A stretch of DNA of 64,000 nt from Lama glama (lineage: Eukaryota): the NCBI GenBank assembly GCA_028534125.1, contig CM052816.1:25856001-25920000 (forward strand). The letters run 5' to 3'. The notes under the pieces are model-generated. The model was not told where the DNA came from and searched no databases. It saw only the letters and a list, made by a program, of their open reading frames with translations. Shown in pieces: positions 62,196-64,000 of the stretch. Position numbers and translations under genes: made by a program. How positions within the stretch are numbered: the stretch's first letter is position 1; each line of letters begins with the position of its first letter.

Positions 62196-64000
62196 TCTTC
62201 TTTCCCATCCCCTTTCCTATCTCAACATAACATCAGGAGGTGTGAGGTGTGCAGTATTCATCAACAGCTAACTGGGATAGATTTGCAAACTTTCTGACTT
62301 CTCTGTCCTCAAAATCGATCGAGAAATAAATAGAAAATTGAGCTGGGATAATTTCATTATTTCAGAAGTCAAAATCTTGACTGTAAGAGAGTGTTTATCT
62401 AACCAAACACCTTTGAAATTCTCAGCAGCAGACAACATACTTCAGCCGTATTTTATGGAAGGACAGAATGAGGGTGTTCGAAGAGATTTTAAGTATCGTC
62501 TGGTCCAATTGTCCAGCTGCTGCTCTGATCCCCTCTATTTTACAACTCGGTCCTGTCTGAACCCACACAGAGAACAGGCCCCCGCAGGGGTGGGGGTTGG
62601 GGTGTCACGAGGCTGGAATTTCATCTGCAGAGCAGCAGGCTGGGCTACAACCCAGTTCACCTTGTTAAATATGTTTCTTCTGCACTGGGCCCAGTCTGCA
62701 AGCCTTCAAGGTCCCTAGGTAAGTTGAGGAAGTGATCCCCCGCTTGTCCTGGGTGGTTATCTCTGTGCCTCCTCCAGGGGACCATAGCAGTTGCCCAGGA
62801 ACCTCTACCTGGAGTAGCTCCACCCAGGCCTGTGCCATCTTGGCCGATCTAGAGTCTAGACCATTTGCTACCCTTGCCCTTTGGTCCTTCATTGTTCTGG
62901 ACAGAGTGACAAATTTGACATACCGATTTTTAAAGTGTTAATGATTATCTCCTCTCTTGAGATTATCTTCATCCTAAAGGTGACTTGTAAAGCTACAGTG
63001 GCCTCAGCAGCAGGAGTGAAACAGGACAGCCTGGGATTTGAGCAGCATCGTGGTGGAGGGATCCTGGGACAGCGACCTCCGCACCATACAAGGTATTTAC
63101 CTTCTGTCTTTTAGTAAGATTAGTGTGGACAAGTGTTCATGGGCACCAGGAACGGAGACTATCTCTTTCCAGTTACAAGATTATTCAGTGCAATTGAAAT
63201 GCTTTAGCATAAGATTGAAATAACCCAGGAAAGACTGATTCCTATCACGTTAACAACTAAATGCCTCAGCAGTTCAAGGTTTCTAAAAAAGAAAAGCCAG
63301 TGCAACTGCTCCATGTTTAAATCTGGCACCTTTTTAAGTGGCTGTGAACAGGTAAGGGAGGCCCACGGTGAGCCCCTCTGACGGGGGAGCTGGGAATTGT
63401 CACCCCATCATCACAAGGCTTTGCTTTTAAGAAGTAAATACCTGAGTAGCGGATGGGGCTTCAGCTGGAAACACCAGGCACAGTTATAGAAAATCTGTGT
63501 GTGAAAGAGCTCAAGCTAATGCTGTGAGAATCAGAAGGAGAAATTATTCAGAAAAGTGGCCTCCCAAAGAGACGGCTGTTGCCTATGCCAGTACCTGCCC
63601 GGGCCTGGAGGTGTCTGCTCTCCCCAGCCACGACTGCAGAGCGTGAAGAGAAAGTCAGACATTGTGAATTCAGTCTTTTCTTGGTTCTGCCAGATGCTCT
63701 GAGTGTTGGTGTCATGTTTATCCAAGTTGAAAAACAAATCAACAAAAGAATGTTTTTGTTGTATTTTCTTCTGTGGCGAGTCCTCCTCTCGATGAACCTA
63801 CAGGCCGTTTGTCTCATTTGGTAAATATGCGTCTTCCAAGTCATGCATCAGTTTCTGTCTCCAGCTCTCTCCGTGGTAATTTCATTTAACAGATGACTTT
63901 ATATACTCTCAGCCACTCAGCATTGATTTGACCGCTATGTGGAAGGCTTTAGCAGGAAGGTCTAGTGGAGGTAAACGCGTTCAGCTCTCCTCTCTTTATC

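Noticed and set aside
1..64000. CRISPR array, operon or other prokaryotic/phage system
   Set aside because: The sequence is clearly mammalian (spliced gene, LINE/SINE/LTR content) and no regularly spaced repeat-spacer array was seen.

Overview
Mammalian genomic DNA, most likely a camelid (two tRNA-Ala-derived SINEs of the vic-1 type and young artiodactyl-type L1 3' ends). The window holds the 3' part of ZNF608, a Brakeless/Scribbler-family single-C2H2-finger transcriptional cofactor, on the + strand. Layout: ~30.7 kb of a large upstream intron; seven coding exons with canonical, phase-consistent GT-AG junctions (30693-30780, 31304-33758, 35427-35844, 36410-36582, 37884-38037, 39916-39997, 40579-40585; 3377 coding nt); a ~1 kb 3'UTR; then ~22 kb of repeat-rich intergenic DNA. 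No prokaryotic system, CRISPR array or second protein-coding gene is supported. Most interesting observations: (i) the last intron offers four short alternative C-termini (three competing acceptors plus an in-frame stop inside the donor) and an intronic poly(A) signal; (ii) an intragenic CpG island with tandem CCAAT boxes, followed by a candidate Kozak-ATG/donor exon in frame with the large exon, suggesting a truncated isoform; (iii) a 3'UTR with Pumilio, miR-26, miR-30 and miR-124-family sites; (iv) several enhancer-like non-coding elements and non-B DNA motifs; (v) an unclassified ~170-bp element with inverted termini. Repeat family names are from pattern recognition, not database searches, and repeat boundaries are approximate unless a target-site duplication (TSD) is given.
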